A stretch of DNA of 54,732 bases from Halieaceae bacterium. Lineage in GTDB: Bacteria > Pseudomonadota > Gammaproteobacteria > Pseudomonadales > Halieaceae. Below, piece after piece: positions 1 through 9,619 of this stretch. A model generated the notes under the pieces. That model was not told the origin of the DNA. It saw only the letters and a program-made list of their open reading frames with translations, and ran no database searches. The DNA lies in assembly GCA_036350855.1 (NCBI GenBank), contig JAZBNW010000366.1, positions 1 through 54,732 of the forward strand, in the 5' to 3' direction. Each line of letters starts with the position of its first letter. Positions within the stretch are counted from its first letter, which is position 1. The position numbers and the translations under genes are program-made.

Positions 1-1
1 C

Positions 2-133
2 GCCGCCGAGGCCGCCACGCTGCTGGTGGAGGTGGATCTGCGGCGCAGCGAGGATGTGCGGCGCATCTGGCCCTTCCTGCGGGACCGCCGCGTCGACGCC
101 TACCAGAACATCGTCAGCCGGTTTATTGACTGA
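2..133 (+). CDS. 3' end of an upstream gene (partial; product unknown)
   Basis: Frame 2 is open from the window edge (AAEAATLLVEVDLRRSEDVRRIWPFLRDRRVDAYQNIVSRFID) to TGA at 131-133. Codon usage resembles the neighbours. Too short to assign a family. Confidence 0.35.
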   Translation, partial: AAEAATLLVEVDLRRSEDVRRIWPFLRDRRVDAYQNIVSRFID

Positions 134-258
134 TTCGATTGTTAGCGCCGCGGAATGTGACTATGTTACTCCTGTTGGCCCCGCCCCTGCCGGCCGTTAC
201 CTGCCGCTAGACCAGGGTTCGGTGGCCACCACAAAAACAGCTAACAGGAGTACAGCAA

Positions 259-1635
259 ATGGCCCTGGTCGAATCATTGCGTTCCATCATTGGCGAGCAG
301 GCCGTCCTGGATGCCACCGATGTGGCCACCCGTTCCGCCGGAGTATGGCGACCCGACAACCTGCAGGCCGCCGCCCTCGCGCGCCCAGCCAACACCGATG
401 AAGTGGCCCGGGTTCTGCGCTGGTGCCATGCCAATAATGTCTCGGTCGTCACCCAGGGCGGTCTGACCGGCCTGGTCCACGGCGGCGACGCGGGCCCCGA
501 CCAGCTAATCCTGTCGCTGGAACGCATGCGGGCCATCGAGGAGATCAATCCCCGGCAACGCACCGCCACCGTACAGGCGGGGGTCACCCTGCAGGCCCTG
601 CAGGAAGCCGTGGAGGAACACCAGCTGATGTTCCCGCTGGACCTGGGCGCCCGCGGGACGGCAACCCTCGGGGGCAACGCGGCTACCAACGCCGGCGGCA
701 ACCGGGTAATCCGCTACGGCATGATGCGCGACATGGTGCTGGGACTGGAAGCGGTGCTGGCCGACGGCACAGTGGTGTCCTCCCTGAACCACCTGATAAA
801 GAACAATACGGGCTATGACCTGAAGCAGCTGTTCATGGGCTCCGAGGGCACCCTGGGTGTCATCACCCGGCTGGTGCTGCGACTGCGGGAGCAGCCCGTT
901 ACCCGCAATATGGCCTTTGTGGGCGTGGATAACTTCGACCACCTCGCCGCCTTCCTGCGGCATATGGACCGCTCCCTGGGCGGCACGCTGTCGGCCTTCG
1001 AAGTGATGTGGCAGGCATTCTACCGGCTGGTCACAAGCCCACCGGCAAAGGGCACGCCGCCCATCGCCCAGGACTACCCCTATTACGTGCTGGTGGAAAG
1101 CCAGGGGGCCGATCGCGAACTCGACACCCAGCGGTTCAACAACGCGATGGAATCCGCCTATGAGTCAGGCCTGATCGTGGATGCCGCCATCTCCCAGTCG
1201 GAAGCGGACTGCCACCATTTCTGGGCGCTGCGCGACGACGTGGAACAGGTGATGCACGCCGGCTTGCCTGTTATTTTCGACATCTCCCTGCCCGTGGAGG
1301 AAATGCAAAACTACAGCGAGGGCCTGCGCCGGAACCTGGAAGCGGCAATCGGCGAGCACAAGTTGTATATTTTCGGCCACCTGGGGGATGGCAATCTCCA
1401 CGTCGCCGTACCGGTGCAGCCCGAGGATTACCTGCGCCTGCGCCCCGTCATCGAGCAGCAGGTCTACGCCCCGCTCGCGGCCTTCCAGGGTTCCGTGTCC
1501 GCCGAGCACGGTATCGGCCTGGAGAAAAAGCCCTACCTGCATATCAGCCGCTCCGAGCCCGAACTGGCACTGATGCGCAGCCTGAAAACAGCGCTGGATC
1601 CGCGGGGCATACTCAATCCCGGCAAGATACTCTGA
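259..1635 (+). CDS. FAD-binding oxidoreductase (GlcD / D-lactate or D-2-hydroxyacid dehydrogenase family)
   Basis: 458 aa. The N-terminal PCMH-type FAD-binding region (VVTQGGLTGLVHG ... GGNAATNAGG) and the C-terminal SAEHGIGLEKK ... LDPRGILNPGK are typical of FAD-linked oxidases. A CAGGAG RBS lies upstream of the ATG. Confidence 0.85.
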   Translation: MALVESLRSIIGEQAVLDATDVATRSAGVWRPDNLQAAALARPANTDEVARVLRWCHANNVSVVTQGGLTGLVHGGDAGPDQLILSLERMRAIEEINPRQRTATVQAGVTLQALQEAVEEHQLMFPLDLGARGTATLGGNAATNAGGNRVIRYGMMRDMVLGLEAVLADGTVVSSLNHLIKNNTGYDLKQLFMGSEGTLGVITRLVLRLREQPVTRNMAFVGVDNFDHLAAFLRHMDRSLGGTLSAFEVMWQAFYRLVTSPPAKGTPPIAQDYPYYVLVESQGADRELDTQRFNNAMESAYESGLIVDAAISQSEADCHHFWALRDDVEQVMHAGLPVIFDISLPVEEMQNYSEGLRRNLEAAIGEHKLYIFGHLGDGNLHVAVPVQPEDYLRLRPVIEQQVYAPLAAFQGSVSAEHGIGLEKKPYLHISRSEPELALMRSLKTALDPRGILNPGKIL

Positions 1636-1742
1636 GCGAAAAAAACGCCGGGGCAATATAACGGCCAGCGGATACAGACCTGCTCCTGCGCCTCACGCGC
1701 GTGTTCACAGTGCGCACCATGCTGCTGGTCGAGCCGTTCTGA

Positions 1743-3419
1743 CTAACTTCCCTGCACAGCCCGTTCAAGCCTGCCGGCGTCGGGTACCAGTGGCTTGTCC
1801 AGCAGGTCGAGGATGAGCGCGTCGCGATCGTAGGGATCGCGCTTGAACTCCACCTCACCGTCCTCGCGCACCTGCACTGTCCAGTAGACGAGATAGACCG
1901 GCACGGGCTCGCGCAGGGAGACGCGTCGTGTCTCCTTCGCCGCGATGGCGGCATTGACCGCGGGCAGGCTCCACTGCTCGGGATCATCCAGCACCAGCGC
2001 CGCCAGTTGCTCGGCGTTCTCCACCCGTATACAGCCCGAGCTGAAGGTGCGCTCGCTGCGCCTGAACAGCTCGCGGCTGGGGGTGTCGTGCAGGTAGACC
2101 ATATGCTCATTGGGAAACATGATCTTGAGGCGTCCCAGGGCATTCGCCGGGCCCGGTCGCTGGCGGATCATATAGGGGAAGCCCTGCCGCGGGTACAGAT
2201 CCCAGTCGATGCTCGCGGGATCCACCTCCCGGCCATCCATGGTGAGGACCTGCATGTCCCGCTTCTCGAGGTACGCGGGATCGCGCTTTATCGCCGGTAG
2301 CACATCCTTCCTGAATATTGTCGGCGGTACCGTCCAGGTCGGGTTGAATTCGATATAGGTGATGGTGTCGCTGAACACCGGCGTGCTGCGGTAGGGGCGC
2401 CCCACCTGCGCGCGACCGGTGAACAGGCGCTGGCCGTCCCGGAACATCGACACCTCGAATCCCGCGATATCGACCACGACCGCCGTATCGGGGATATCCC
2501 GCAATACCCGGGCGCGCTCCAGGTTGACCCGCAGCTGGCCCACCCGGCGCTCTATGGGCACGTTCATCGCCGCCACGGTCTGCTTGCCGACGACCCCGTC
2601 GGCATCCAGCCGGTGGCGCCGCTGGAAACGGACGATCGCCTGCTCCAGGCCGGGGTCGAAGACCCGGGGATCGACACCGGTCGCCGCTGCGGCCGCCAGG
2701 TCACCTTCCGCCTGCAGGCGCAGGCGCAGTTGCGCAACCCGCGGCCCACTGTCGCCCACCCTGAGCGTCGGCCCCTCATCCACGCCGCCCCAGCCGCCTG
2801 CGGCCGCCAGGGCGCGGTATCTCGCCAGTGCCTCCACCATATTTTTGTAGGTGGCGGTGCTCGGCTTGAGCCGGTCGAGTCCCGCGCCGATGCCACCGGC
2901 CGCGATCACCTGCCCCATCCACGCCACGGGATCCGTTTGCGGCAGTTCCCGGTCGAAGTTCCACGAAGCGACATAATCCCGGGGATCTACCTTGCCCAGC
3001 GCATAGTGGTAAGTCAGGCGGACCAGGCTGTCGGTCAGCAGCAGGTCCCTTGAAGGGACATCCAGGTCCAGCGACCCGTCGAGCAGGCCCTGGACCTGCT
3101 GCTGGTGGTAGTCCTGTCCACTCATCCCCTCGCGCCAGGCCTGTTCGATGGCAGCCGCCAGCTCGGCAATGGATTCCGGGCGGGTCCAGGCGGGGGCCCA
3201 GTCGCTGCGCTGATAGTACTGCTGCGTCACCCGCAGATCGTAGACGGTCGCACCCGCGATCTCGAGTCGACCCTGCGTCGCCAGCTGGCGCAGCAGCGCT
3301 TGCATGGGCTCCTCGTCAGCCCCGAGCAGGGTGAGGGGCTGCAGCAGCACAACGCACAACCACCACAGGCAGGCCAGTGCCGTGCCGCGTCCGGATACAA
3401 TTTTTGCTGTAATTCGCAC
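1743..3419 (-). CDS. L,D-transpeptidase, YcbB/LdtD-like (PG-binding domain plus YkuD domain)
   Basis: 558 aa with an N-terminal signal/anchor. It has a PG_binding_1-like segment (VRFQRRHRLDADGVVGKQTVAAMN). The YkuD catalytic motif is present, with the Cys in HDTPSRELFRRSERTFSSGCIRV. Confidence 0.85.
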   Translation of the reverse strand: MRITAKIVSGRGTALACLWWLCVVLLQPLTLLGADEEPMQALLRQLATQGRLEIAGATVYDLRVTQQYYQRSDWAPAWTRPESIAELAAAIEQAWREGMSGQDYHQQQVQGLLDGSLDLDVPSRDLLLTDSLVRLTYHYALGKVDPRDYVASWNFDRELPQTDPVAWMGQVIAAGGIGAGLDRLKPSTATYKNMVEALARYRALAAAGGWGGVDEGPTLRVGDSGPRVAQLRLRLQAEGDLAAAAATGVDPRVFDPGLEQAIVRFQRRHRLDADGVVGKQTVAAMNVPIERRVGQLRVNLERARVLRDIPDTAVVVDIAGFEVSMFRDGQRLFTGRAQVGRPYRSTPVFSDTITYIEFNPTWTVPPTIFRKDVLPAIKRDPAYLEKRDMQVLTMDGREVDPASIDWDLYPRQGFPYMIRQRPGPANALGRLKIMFPNEHMVYLHDTPSRELFRRSERTFSSGCIRVENAEQLAALVLDDPEQWSLPAVNAAIAAKETRRVSLREPVPVYLVYWTVQVREDGEVEFKRDPYDRDALILDLLDKPLVPDAGRLERAVQGS

Positions 3420-3479
3420 TGTTATTCCTGTAAATTCTTCGGCTATAACACGTGTGATCTGCGGGGCAGCAGCAACGAC

Positions 3480-4040
3480 ATGTCTGATGAAAATACCTTG
3501 ATAAGCCCGATCGACGCCAGCCGCCGACGGCTCCTGAAAGCATCCCTGGCTGGCTCTGTACTGGCCATGGCACCCCTGTCAGGGGTCTGGGCGGCAAACG
3601 AACGCAGCCTCTCGCTGCACAATCTCCATACCGGCGAACGGGTCAACCAGCCCTACTGGATGGCCGGCAACTACCTGCCGGAATCGCTCTCCGCCATAAA
3701 CACCGTCCTGCGCGACCATCGCAGCGGGGAAGTATACCCGATGGACCCCGGCCTTCTCGACCTTTTGTCAGCATTGCAACAGCGCGTGGGGTCACGTCAC
3801 GGCTATGAAGTGATATCCGGCTATCGTTCACCTGCCAGTAACGCCATGCTGAACAAGAACAGCAGCGGTGTGGCCAAGCGCAGCCTGCATATGCAGGGCA
3901 AGGCCATTGATATCCGGCTGCCGGGCACCCGGCTCGGCGCCTTGCACGGCGCCGCAAAAGAGATGAAGTCAGGCGGTGTGGGCCTTTACACCGCCTCCAA
4001 TTTCATTCACATCGATACGGGTAACGTCCGTTACTGGTAG
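3480..4040 (+). CDS. mepK: DUF882 / peptidase M15A YcbK(MepK)-like murein endopeptidase with Tat signal
   Basis: I re-set the start to ATG 3480 (MSDENTL...). The ORF-track start at 3105 overlaps the divergent gene. Twin-arginine signal SRRRLLKASLAGSVLAMAP. Conserved GYRSPASN ... SLHMQGKAIDI ... FIHIDTG zinc-peptidase pattern. It lies divergent to the LdtD-like gene; E. coli ycbB and ycbK are adjacent. Confidence 0.8.
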   Translation: MSDENTLISPIDASRRRLLKASLAGSVLAMAPLSGVWAANERSLSLHNLHTGERVNQPYWMAGNYLPESLSAINTVLRDHRSGEVYPMDPGLLDLLSALQQRVGSRHGYEVISGYRSPASNAMLNKNSSGVAKRSLHMQGKAIDIRLPGTRLGALHGAAKEMKSGGVGLYTASNFIHIDTGNVRYW

Positions 4041-4139
4041 CGGCTGACGCCCCGCGTCAGCCAATTCTGTCCATTTGCAGCATTGCGGCTGTCCGGCGAC
4101 CGTTGTCTACTGGCACGACGATGACATAGGGGGCACGCC

Positions 4140-5765
4140 GTGCGTCTTTTACCCGCTACCCCATTCACGTACGCCCTGGCGGCGCTGCTGGCAGCCACGG
4201 TGCTGCCGTCGGCCCCGGCCACCGCTTTCGAGATGCCACCGCGCAACCCCTGGCTGGCCGATTCAAGTTACGCCATGGGGCATGGCGACCCGGCGCAACA
4301 GGATGCGGTGCCCCAGGGCGGGCCGATGGGACCGTCCCGGGCACTGGCCCCGGAGGAATTGCAGTACACGTTTACCGGTCCCGGTTTTTTCGGCATCAAC
4401 ACCTCCGGTATCTACGCGGACGGCAGGCGCGTGTTCTGGGGCAACGGCCTCGATCGCCTGGTCAAGCTCGATTACCACAGCTACCGCACGATCGCCGAGA
4501 AATTCTTTCCCGATGCGCAGCACTACACACAGGCCCAGTCCGAACGGGCCATCGCCACATTCGACGCCCGCAACGGCGGCATCCTCGCGCTCTATGACGC
4601 CTACCGGGAGGCGCAGAAACTGCGCAACCTGTCCAATCTCTACACCCTGCTGGACCGGGACAATACCTATTACGTCGGCAGCAAATCCGGCCTGATCACC
4701 GCCTATGGCGATGAAGAGCCGCGCAACTCGCGCTCGGCCATCGTCGAATTGCGTCGATTCCAGCTTCCATCCGAGGCCACCGGCCCGGTCATGGGCCTGA
4801 ACATGAGCTACGACGGCTGGCTCATCGTCGCAACAGAGCACGGCTACCTGGCCGCAATCAAGCGCGATTTCTCGGACTATCGCCTGATCCGCATCAAGCA
4901 CAGCGAAGGCGCCGAGCACAAGGCCACCGGACGCACCGGCTATGGCTGGATCCGCAACGGTTTCGCGATAGACAGGGACGGCGGCATCTACATCGCCTCC
5001 CAGGCGCACATGCACAAGGTTATCTGGACCGGCGACCAGCTCAGCACACAGGAGAAGGACGGGGCGTGGTCAGTGCCCTACCTCAATGACTGGGGTCACG
5101 GCACCGGCGCCACGCCCTCGCTGATGGGTTTCGGCGAGGAAGACCAGTTCGTGGTGATCACCGACGGCCAGCCACAAATGAACCTGGTGCTGTTCTGGCG
5201 CAATGCCATCCCCGCGGACTGGCAGCAACTGCCGGGCACACCCGCCCGGCGCATTGCCGGCCAGTTGCCGGTCACCATGGACGACCCGGCGCTGACGCAG
5301 ATCCAGTCCGAGCAGTCGGTGGTGGTGGCCGGTTACGGCGCCCTGGTGGTGAACAACCACCCGCGCAATATTCCCTGGTATCTCCCCCGACAGGCCGCCA
5401 CCCTGCTGATCAGTTACCTCGGCAGCAATCCGCGGCACCAGCCCTATGGGGTGCAAAAATTTGCATGGGACCCGCAGGCGCGGACCCTGCGCGAAAGCTG
5501 GGTGAACAGGTCGGTGAGTTCGCCCAGTGCCGTTCCCATCGTGGGCGTCGGTTCAGATACCGTTTATCTCATCGGCGCCCGCGCCAACAGCTGGACCCTG
5601 GAGGCAATGGACTGGACCAGCGGGGAGTCCCGCTTTCACTACATTATCGGCGGCCAGCGCTACAACGTGCTGTTCTCGGGCACACTGCTGGACGAGGACG
5701 GCAGGATCCACTACGGCACACCCTGGGGCCGGGTCCGGCTGGCACCAGCAGGTGGGTCGCAGTAG
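4140..5765 (+). CDS. secreted hypothetical protein (family not recognised)
   Basis: 541 aa with a GTG start. Sec-type signal peptide (ALAALLAATVLPSAPATA/FE). Coding-like composition over the full length. Repetitive beta-rich segments, but no motif I can name. Confidence 0.6.
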   Translation: MRLLPATPFTYALAALLAATVLPSAPATAFEMPPRNPWLADSSYAMGHGDPAQQDAVPQGGPMGPSRALAPEELQYTFTGPGFFGINTSGIYADGRRVFWGNGLDRLVKLDYHSYRTIAEKFFPDAQHYTQAQSERAIATFDARNGGILALYDAYREAQKLRNLSNLYTLLDRDNTYYVGSKSGLITAYGDEEPRNSRSAIVELRRFQLPSEATGPVMGLNMSYDGWLIVATEHGYLAAIKRDFSDYRLIRIKHSEGAEHKATGRTGYGWIRNGFAIDRDGGIYIASQAHMHKVIWTGDQLSTQEKDGAWSVPYLNDWGHGTGATPSLMGFGEEDQFVVITDGQPQMNLVLFWRNAIPADWQQLPGTPARRIAGQLPVTMDDPALTQIQSEQSVVVAGYGALVVNNHPRNIPWYLPRQAATLLISYLGSNPRHQPYGVQKFAWDPQARTLRESWVNRSVSSPSAVPIVGVGSDTVYLIGARANSWTLEAMDWTSGESRFHYIIGGQRYNVLFSGTLLDEDGRIHYGTPWGRVRLAPAGGSQ

Positions 5766-5842
5766 CGGGGTTGTGAGGGAGTCCCCGCTGAGCACCCGCG
5801 GGGGCGCTCAGCGGGAAGACAGCGGGCACAGCCCGCCGGGCG

Positions 5843-8170
5843 CTAGAAATTGTAGCGGGCCGTCATGCCGAAGACGCGTTCGCGCAGGGTGTTGGTCTGG
5901 GTGTAGGAACCGTCACTGATGGCGATATCGTACTGGTCCGGACCCTGCTGGAACACCACCGCGTCCTCGTCGGTGACGTTCTTGGCCCATACTGACAGAT
6001 CCCACTGGTAGGAACTGCTGCGCCAGCCCACGAACAGGTCGAGTATCTGGTAGGACTCGAAGTCGGTGTCGACATTGTAGGTGCCTGCAGACGCCTCGGT
6101 GTTGATGCGATCGTCGGTGTACTTGAACAGGCCCCGCACGTATACCTCGGTGTCACCGATCGGGTAGTAATACTCCGAATTCAGTGAGAACGACCATTCC
6201 GGCTCGCCACCCAGAGGCTCGCCGTCGATATCGCAGCTGCCCAGCACTTCGCCGGGGGATCGCTCGTTACAGGGCTGCGAGGCACCGTCCCATTCGCCCT
6301 TGCTGTAGCTCATGGCGCCGCCAGCGTTCCAGGTCTCGGTGAGCAGCACCTGGCTCTCGATTTCCACCCCCCAGATATTGGCATCGCCATTGAAGACGAT
6401 ACCGCCGGGCAGGTCCACCGGCTGGCCGAGGTCATTGAGCACCTGTACGCCGCGCACGAAGCCCAGGTAGCCATCGAAGGTCTGGTAGTACAGGGCCGTG
6501 TTCAGGGTGGCCCTGCCCTCCCACAGGCGGCTCTTGGAGCCGATCTCAAACGCGTCGCTGGTCTCCTCATCGTAGAGCAGGTCGTCCACCCCGTTGGGCA
6601 GGAACTGCACATCCGGGCTGGGTATTATCGAGATGCCGCTGGGCCGGTAACCACGGTTGTAGGACGCGTAGAGATTGGTGTCGTCGCGCCAGTCCCAGCG
6701 CAGGGCGACGGAGCCGGTGACTGCGTCCTCGTTGTCCGAATCCTTGTCGGCGGGAACCGCCTCGATCGGGAAGTTGGCGGCAAAACCGGCCTCGATGATG
6801 TCTTTAAATGGCTCCAGACCCGGGGGCACCCAGGTCAGGCCGCCAAAATAGACATCGGCGCGGCGAAATTGCTCATACTTGGTCCAGCGCAAACCGAGTT
6901 CCAGTTGCAGGGTATCGGTGAGGTCCAGTGTGTTGAAAGTGAACACCGCGAAATTGTTGGAGTTCACCGGCAGCACGCCGCTGGTAAGGAATCCCAGGCC
7001 GGAGACATCGAGCCGGACACCGTTGGAGTTGAACTTGGTTTTGGTATTCTGGTCCTGGTAGTACAGGCCCACCATGTAGTTCCAGAAGTCGTTGTCCATC
7101 GAGGCCGCCCGCAACTCATAGGAGATGCTGTCAGTCTTGGTCTGGGTATCCTGGAAGCTGGGTGCCTGGGTATTTGCATACTGCAGGGAGTAGGCCCGGT
7201 CGTTCTCGGTCTGGGCGGTCTTGGTGGACTCCTGGTAGGCGATAATGGCGGTGACCTGGTGATTCAGCACCTCCCAGTCGGTGTTCAGGTTGGCCAGGTT
7301 GAAATCCAGGTCGCCAAAATCGTTGCTGTTGCCCAGGGCCTTGCGGTCATCGGGCTCGAGGGTCGGGCGCCCGCCCAGGACATCGGCACCGCTCATGGCC
7401 TTGGGGTCGTCGGTGCTGCGATCGAGATACTGGTAGATAAGCTGGGTCTGGAGCGTCTCCATCGGCTGCCAGATGGTGCTCAGGCGACCCGAATAGGCCT
7501 CCGCCTCCTGGTCGTCAAAGCCCGTCGTGATGTTATTGACATTGGTGCCGTTATTGCTGTCGTAGACACCCGCAACGCGGACGCCGAACGTACCCGGTAT
7601 CAGCGCTGCACCGTAGGCGAGCTGTCCGTTGTAGCCGTCGTTATCGGACACGGAGCCCTGGACGTAGCCGCTGCTCTCATCCAGCGGGGCGCGCCGGGTG
7701 ATCATGTTAATGGCGCCGGCCGGCGAAGTCCTGCCCTGCAGGGTGCCCTGGGGGCCGCGCAGGACTTCAATCCGCTCCAGGTCGTACATCTGGTTGAATA
7801 CGATGTCTGCGCGCACGTTGGCGTCGTTCCAGAATACGTCGACCGCGGCAGCGACACCCGCCTCGGGGTCGATGCTGATACCGCGCATGGAGATGGTATT
7901 ATTGCGGGCGTTCGGTTGCGCCAGGGTCAGGCCCGCCGTCTGCTGCTGGATGGAGGTGAAATCGAAGGCGGCGAACCTGTCGATGTCCTGGCCGCTCAAC
8001 ACGTTTACGGTGGCGGCAATATCCTGCACGTTTTCGACCCGCTTCTGCGCCGTCACTATCACCTCTTCCAGCACCAGCTCCTGCGCCAGGGCGGGAACTG
8101 ACATCAGTGCCAGGGCGGCAGCGATGGCTGTCCGGGGAAACGGAAAAACGGCTTTGCTCTCTCGTGACAT
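5843..8170 (-). CDS. TonB-dependent receptor
   Basis: 775 aa. It has a signal peptide, a plug region (EEVIVTAQKRVENVQDIAATVNVLSG ... RGPQGTLQGR) and a beta-barrel ending in the terminal ...TARYNF aromatic residue. Confidence 0.9.
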   Translation of the reverse strand: MSRESKAVFPFPRTAIAAALALMSVPALAQELVLEEVIVTAQKRVENVQDIAATVNVLSGQDIDRFAAFDFTSIQQQTAGLTLAQPNARNNTISMRGISIDPEAGVAAAVDVFWNDANVRADIVFNQMYDLERIEVLRGPQGTLQGRTSPAGAINMITRRAPLDESSGYVQGSVSDNDGYNGQLAYGAALIPGTFGVRVAGVYDSNNGTNVNNITTGFDDQEAEAYSGRLSTIWQPMETLQTQLIYQYLDRSTDDPKAMSGADVLGGRPTLEPDDRKALGNSNDFGDLDFNLANLNTDWEVLNHQVTAIIAYQESTKTAQTENDRAYSLQYANTQAPSFQDTQTKTDSISYELRAASMDNDFWNYMVGLYYQDQNTKTKFNSNGVRLDVSGLGFLTSGVLPVNSNNFAVFTFNTLDLTDTLQLELGLRWTKYEQFRRADVYFGGLTWVPPGLEPFKDIIEAGFAANFPIEAVPADKDSDNEDAVTGSVALRWDWRDDTNLYASYNRGYRPSGISIIPSPDVQFLPNGVDDLLYDEETSDAFEIGSKSRLWEGRATLNTALYYQTFDGYLGFVRGVQVLNDLGQPVDLPGGIVFNGDANIWGVEIESQVLLTETWNAGGAMSYSKGEWDGASQPCNERSPGEVLGSCDIDGEPLGGEPEWSFSLNSEYYYPIGDTEVYVRGLFKYTDDRINTEASAGTYNVDTDFESYQILDLFVGWRSSSYQWDLSVWAKNVTDEDAVVFQQGPDQYDIAISDGSYTQTNTLRERVFGMTARYNF

Positions 8171-8252
8171 AACGGTTTACCTGGGTAATGGCCCTCGGCT
8201 TACGGCCAGATAAATGGCCTGCACCGGAGCACGTTTATAATTAGATGTGCGA

Positions 8253-8282
8253 CCAGGCAGGACGTTGCGGACCACTGCCTGG
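8253..8282 (-). other. GC-rich hairpin (CCAGGCAG-N14-CTGCCTGG) between the AraC gene stop and the TonB-receptor start
   Basis: A perfect 8-bp inverted repeat read directly from the sequence. There is no U-tract, so a terminator role is uncertain. It could separate the araC-type transcript from the receptor promoter. Confidence 0.3.
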
Positions 8283-8352
8283 AGGCGCAATCATACCGGT
8301 TAAGTGCCTGGATGAAACGCGCCTGAAGTACATATACATGACCAGGGCAGAC

Positions 8353-8386
8353 AATTCACAAAACAAAAACAGTCAATAATTCACAA
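8353..8386. repeat. 9-bp direct repeat AATTCACAA x2 (8353-8361 and 8378-8386, 25-bp period) upstream of the TonB-dependent receptor
   Basis: Exact repeat read from the sequence, inside an unusually AT-rich intergenic stretch. AraC/XylS regulators classically bind direct repeats, so a regulatory role is inference only. Confidence 0.4.
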
Positions 8387-8446
8387 CTTTTCAGGAGACG
8401 GCGCGGCTGTCTGCACGCGTTCGACGTCGCTAGCCGACATTACGTT

Positions 8447-9445
8447 TCAGCGATAGCTCCCCGGGGACTGGCCGGTCCACTTCTTGAACGACCGGTGAAA
8501 GGCGCTGGGGTCACTGAAACCCGTCTGCTCCGCCACTTCACTCACCGTGAGGCCATTGCGGCTCAGCAGGGTGATGGCGACATCGCGCCGGGCATTGTCC
8601 TTGATGCGCTGGTAGGAGGTACCCTCCTTCTCGAGCCGACGCCGCAGGGTCCTGGCGGACATATTGAGCAGCCGGGTGAGCTCCTCGAAACTGGGCATCT
8701 CCTGGCGAAAATCATCCCCCAGGATCTCCCGGATGCGATGGGTGATGCCCAGGTTGGTCGCCGCCGGGTCGATGACGACATAGTAGGGCGCCAGTTTCAG
8801 AAAAGCCTCGAGTTGCTCTTCGCTGCGGGAAACGGTCGCGTCGAGATGGCGCGCACTGAACGTCACTGAATTGACCCGCTGGTCGTAAGTCACCGGGCAC
8901 GGGAAGAAATGTCTAATGCCGGCCGTAAAGTCCGGCTGTGGCCCGGCACAGGCGGCCTCGATAATGTCGATGTGCTGGCCTATCAACCAGCCGCAAAAGC
9001 GCAACCACATCGCCAGGCCACACAGGATATTGTGCTGGGCACCGGGATCATCGCCGACACGGTAGTAGCAAAGTGACGCCTCCTTGCGTTCGCTGTCGAC
9101 GTCTACCCGGTTGATGAGCCGGGCACCCTGCCTGACCCGGCAAACCGCATTGAATTCGATGGCCCGCTTGAGCGCAGCCGCCAGGGAGCGGTTGTTGAGC
9201 ATACTCAGGGCGATAAGCCGCATGGTCCCGGGTGGGGTCTGGACATCAGGCATGACGCCACCGGACTCGTCGCCGATGGCGCGAAACAGTTCGAGGCAGA
9301 GACGGCTGTAGTGCTCCCGGGAAACAAATGCGGTTTGAACGCTTTGCCGCAAGGGATCAAAGGGAAAGCCGGCGGCCTGCAAAATGGCGTCCACATCGAC
9401 ACCGTGCGCACGCGCCTGCACCAGCAGCGCCCGGGTAAATTCCAT
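8447..9445 (-). CDS. AraC family transcriptional regulator
   Basis: I re-set the start to ATG 9445 (MEFTRALLVQARAHGVD...). The C-terminal double HTH (ARTLRRRLEKEGTSYQRIKDNARRDVAITLL ... VSEVAEQTGFSDPSAFHRSFKKWTGQSPGSYR) is canonical AraC. Confidence 0.85.
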   Translation of the reverse strand: MEFTRALLVQARAHGVDVDAILQAAGFPFDPLRQSVQTAFVSREHYSRLCLELFRAIGDESGGVMPDVQTPPGTMRLIALSMLNNRSLAAALKRAIEFNAVCRVRQGARLINRVDVDSERKEASLCYYRVGDDPGAQHNILCGLAMWLRFCGWLIGQHIDIIEAACAGPQPDFTAGIRHFFPCPVTYDQRVNSVTFSARHLDATVSRSEEQLEAFLKLAPYYVVIDPAATNLGITHRIREILGDDFRQEMPSFEELTRLLNMSARTLRRRLEKEGTSYQRIKDNARRDVAITLLSRNGLTVSEVAEQTGFSDPSAFHRSFKKWTGQSPGSYR

Positions 9446-9619
9446 GGGCACCGTCTCGTTATAGGGCCGGGCAGAGGCGACTAAGCCAGACAACTCATTT
9501 CCTCGTATGCATGTGCGGCCCGGCAGTATAGCGGAACCGGCCCGACTGTCGAAAATCACCGGATTGCGGCGTCAACAGTTCCGCCGCGGGGCTCGGCTCC
9601 AACTGGGGACTGTGCGCTG

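Noticed and set aside
6869-8101. Other long antisense ORFs. Examples: 6869-8101(+), 25652-26686(+), 31102-32445(-), 33268-34353(+), 35599-36684(+), 38801-39778(-), 48239-49135(-), 21360-22316(-), 23287-24675(+).
   Set aside because: Each lies fully inside a confidently assigned gene on the other strand or frame. They are low-complexity and Arg/Gly/Pro-rich, with no recognisable domains.
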